From NCBI GenBank assembly GCA_047602655.1, contig JASGGT010000001.1, forward strand, positions 5,453 to 69,452: a stretch of 64,000 bases of DNA, given 5' to 3'. Within the stretch, counting starts at the first letter, position 1. Every line of letters starts with the position of its first letter. This DNA is from Desulfovibrio sp. GTDB taxonomy: Bacteria > Desulfobacterota > Desulfovibrionia > Desulfovibrionales > Desulfovibrionaceae. Below are positions 62,257 to 64,000 of the stretch, one piece after another. The notes under the pieces were generated by a model. The model was not told the origin of the DNA. It was given only the letters and a program-made list of their open reading frames with translations, and made no database searches. Both the position numbers and the translations under genes were made by a program.

Positions 62257-64000
62257 ATGAAACCTTCGGCTGTTATGAACAACAGGGAGCTAAGCTGGCT
62301 CAGCTTTAACGAACGGATATTGCAGGAAGCCCGCGACCATTCCACGCCGCTTATGCAGCGACTGCGCTTTCTGGGTATTTTTTCCAGCAATCAGGACGAA
62401 TTCATCAAGGTTCGCGTGGCATCCCTTGTGCGCCTTACCCGCTCCAAGAGCAAAATAAAACCGCTGCTCATGGGCGGATTAACCCCGGATGAAGCCTTGC
62501 AGCGTGTCAACGACAAGGCCGCCACCGCGCAAACGGCCTTTCGCGAAACCTACGAGGAAGTGCTGGACGCAATGGAGCACGAGGGCATACGCGTGCGTGA
62601 CGAAACCGAACTCAGCGAAGGCCAGGATGCCTTTTGCCGGAATTATTTCGGCAATGTGGTCTACCCGCAGCTGGTGCCGCTTATTCTGAACAAATCCGCC
62701 CGGCTGCCCTTTCTGCAAGACAGCCAGATATACCATGCCGTCAAGATGGAGTCGGATGCTGCCCCCGGCAAATGCCGCTATGCTGTATTGCGCATCCCCG
62801 TCAACGCGGCCTGCCCGCGCTTTATAGAAATGCCCTCGTCACCCGGCTGCCACGATATCATCTTTGTGGACGACATCATCAGGCTGTGCCTGAACAATAT
62901 TTTCTTCATGTTCAACTACGACCGCATTTCCGCATATACCTTCAAGGTAATGCGCGATGCGGAACTGAGCCTTGACGACGACGTGTCCAAAAGCCTCATT
63001 GAAAAAATGGAAGAGGGGCTGGAACACCGCCTGCGGGGGCGCCCCGTGCGCCTTATCTACGACAGCGCCATGCCCGAAGACCTGCTTTTTCTGCTGGCCT
63101 CAAAGCTCAACCTCAAAAAAAGCGAGCTAGACCCCGGCGCGCGCTACCATATGATGCGCAGCCTCATGAACTTTCCGCGTGTGCGGCCAGACCTGGAAAA
63201 CGCCGTCATGCCCGCCCTCACCCATCCGGACATCAAACCCTTTTCCAGCATTCTCAAGGTGGTGCGCAACAAGGATATTCTGTTGCACTTTCCCTACCAT
63301 ACTTTCAATCATGTGGTGGAATTTCTGTGCGAGGCGGCCATCGACCCCAAGGTGACGGATATCTCCATCACCCTGTACCGCACGGCTGACCATTCACGGA
63401 TCATCAACGCCCTTATCAACGCGGCGCAGAACGGCAAAAGGGTCACGGCCTGCGTGGAGCTCATGGCCCGCTTTGACGAAGAGCGCAACGTCAAGAGCAT
63501 CGACATGCTGCATCAAGGCGGGGTGCGCGTCATCCACGGCCTCAAGGACCTCAAGGTGCACAGCAAGGTCATTCTTGTGGAACGCGCCGAGGGCGGCAAA
63601 AAAACAGGCTTTGTCTACATAGGCACCGGAAACTTCAACGAAGACACGGCGCGCCTCTACAGCGATATGGGCCTTCTGTCCGCCAATCCCGGCTTTGCGG
63701 AAGACGCGCGAACCATATTCAATTTTCTCAACGCCTCGCACAAGCCGGTCTCGTGCCGGGAGCTGGTGGCGGCCCCCCAGTGCATGCGCGCCTTTTTCAC
63801 CAACGCCATCGAGCGCGAAATCCGCAATGCCAAGGCCGGAAAAAAGGCCTATATCCACGTAAAACTCAACAGCCTCACCGATGAATCCATGATCCGGCTG
63901 CTTTACCGCGCCAGCAAGGCCGGGGTGGAAATACGCCTTATTGTGCGCAGCGCCTGCTGCCTCAAACCGCAGATTCAGGATCTGAGCGAAAACATCCAGG
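62257..64000 (+). CDS. ppk1: polyphosphate kinase 1 (5' part, continues past the window end)
   Basis: Not in the track because there is no stop in the window. N-terminus NRELSWLSFNERILQEA...PLMQRLRFLGIFSSNQDEFIKVRV, later FPYHTF...ITLYR, CVELMARFDEE, and KVHSK (PLD-like). ATG at 62257 follows GGGAG. Confidence 0.88.
   Translation, partial: MKPSAVMNNRELSWLSFNERILQEARDHSTPLMQRLRFLGIFSSNQDEFIKVRVASLVRLTRSKSKIKPLLMGGLTPDEALQRVNDKAATAQTAFRETYEEVLDAMEHEGIRVRDETELSEGQDAFCRNYFGNVVYPQLVPLILNKSARLPFLQDSQIYHAVKMESDAAPGKCRYAVLRIPVNAACPRFIEMPSSPGCHDIIFVDDIIRLCLNNIFFMFNYDRISAYTFKVMRDAELSLDDDVSKSLIEKMEEGLEHRLRGRPVRLIYDSAMPEDLLFLLASKLNLKKSELDPGARYHMMRSLMNFPRVRPDLENAVMPALTHPDIKPFSSILKVVRNKDILLHFPYHTFNHVVEFLCEAAIDPKVTDISITLYRTADHSRIINALINAAQNGKRVTACVELMARFDEERNVKSIDMLHQGGVRVIHGLKDLKVHSKVILVERAEGGKKTGFVYIGTGNFNEDTARLYSDMGLLSANPGFAEDARTIFNFLNASHKPVSCRELVAAPQCMRAFFTNAIEREIRNAKAGKKAYIHVKLNSLTDESMIRLLYRASKAGVEIRLIVRSACCLKPQIQDLSENIQ

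Overview
This is a 64-kb, high-GC chromosomal window with about 50 protein genes and no rRNA, tRNA, CRISPR, transposase or phage genes. The gene content suggests a Desulfovibrio-like sulfate reducer. That call rests on the gcvT-H-PA-PB operon, hypDE, a Hyf/complex-I-like membrane module, a sigma54-type promoter, TauE, many REC/HK genes and a dCache chemoreceptor, and it is inference only. The ORF track uses ATG/GTG/TTG and the most upstream start, so I re-set many starts using RBS positions and stop/start overlaps. Most long ORFs antisense to real genes are high-GC artefacts.

Contents in order:
- A partial zinc-ribbon/Yip1 gene, then a yybP-ykoY Mn2+ riboswitch with its terminator in front of a CaCA antiporter.
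- A DUF3298 exported protein, uvrC, trpB, a divergent ThyX-like gene, an O-antigen-ligase-like gene and a NYN gene.
- An amino-acid ABC system with tandemly duplicated binding proteins, then mnmA.
- The glycine cleavage operon, tatD and a UXS-type decarboxylase.
- A six-gene Hyf-like 'Ehr-type' module whose large subunit lacks all four [NiFe] cysteines.
- A Tim44-like gene and a PaaI thioesterase.
- A minus-strand TauE / DUF1634-like / dCache-HK / REC / DHp-only / REC string, plus a frameshifted REC-HK hybrid.
- A NarL-type regulator, mgtE, nadCAB, a 516-aa unknown, rlmI-like, a class V aminotransferase, DUF1844, argC and hypDE.
- A sigma54-driven operon with no permease (leaderless SBP-fold protein, G3E GTPase, ABC ATPase).
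- mntH, an MCP, and the 5' part of ppk1.

Non-coding structure worth attention:
- A pair of roughly 0.65-0.95 kb inverted mosaic repeats brackets 23 kb.
- A roughly 150-bp MITE-like hairpin element is present in 3 copies, and a related 399-bp element is also present. These elements sit at gene 3' ends and several abut TAG stop codons.

The two best candidates for undescribed biology are the cysteine-less Ehr-type complex (23392-30896) and the SBP-fold/G3E/ABC-ATPase operon (55297-57941).
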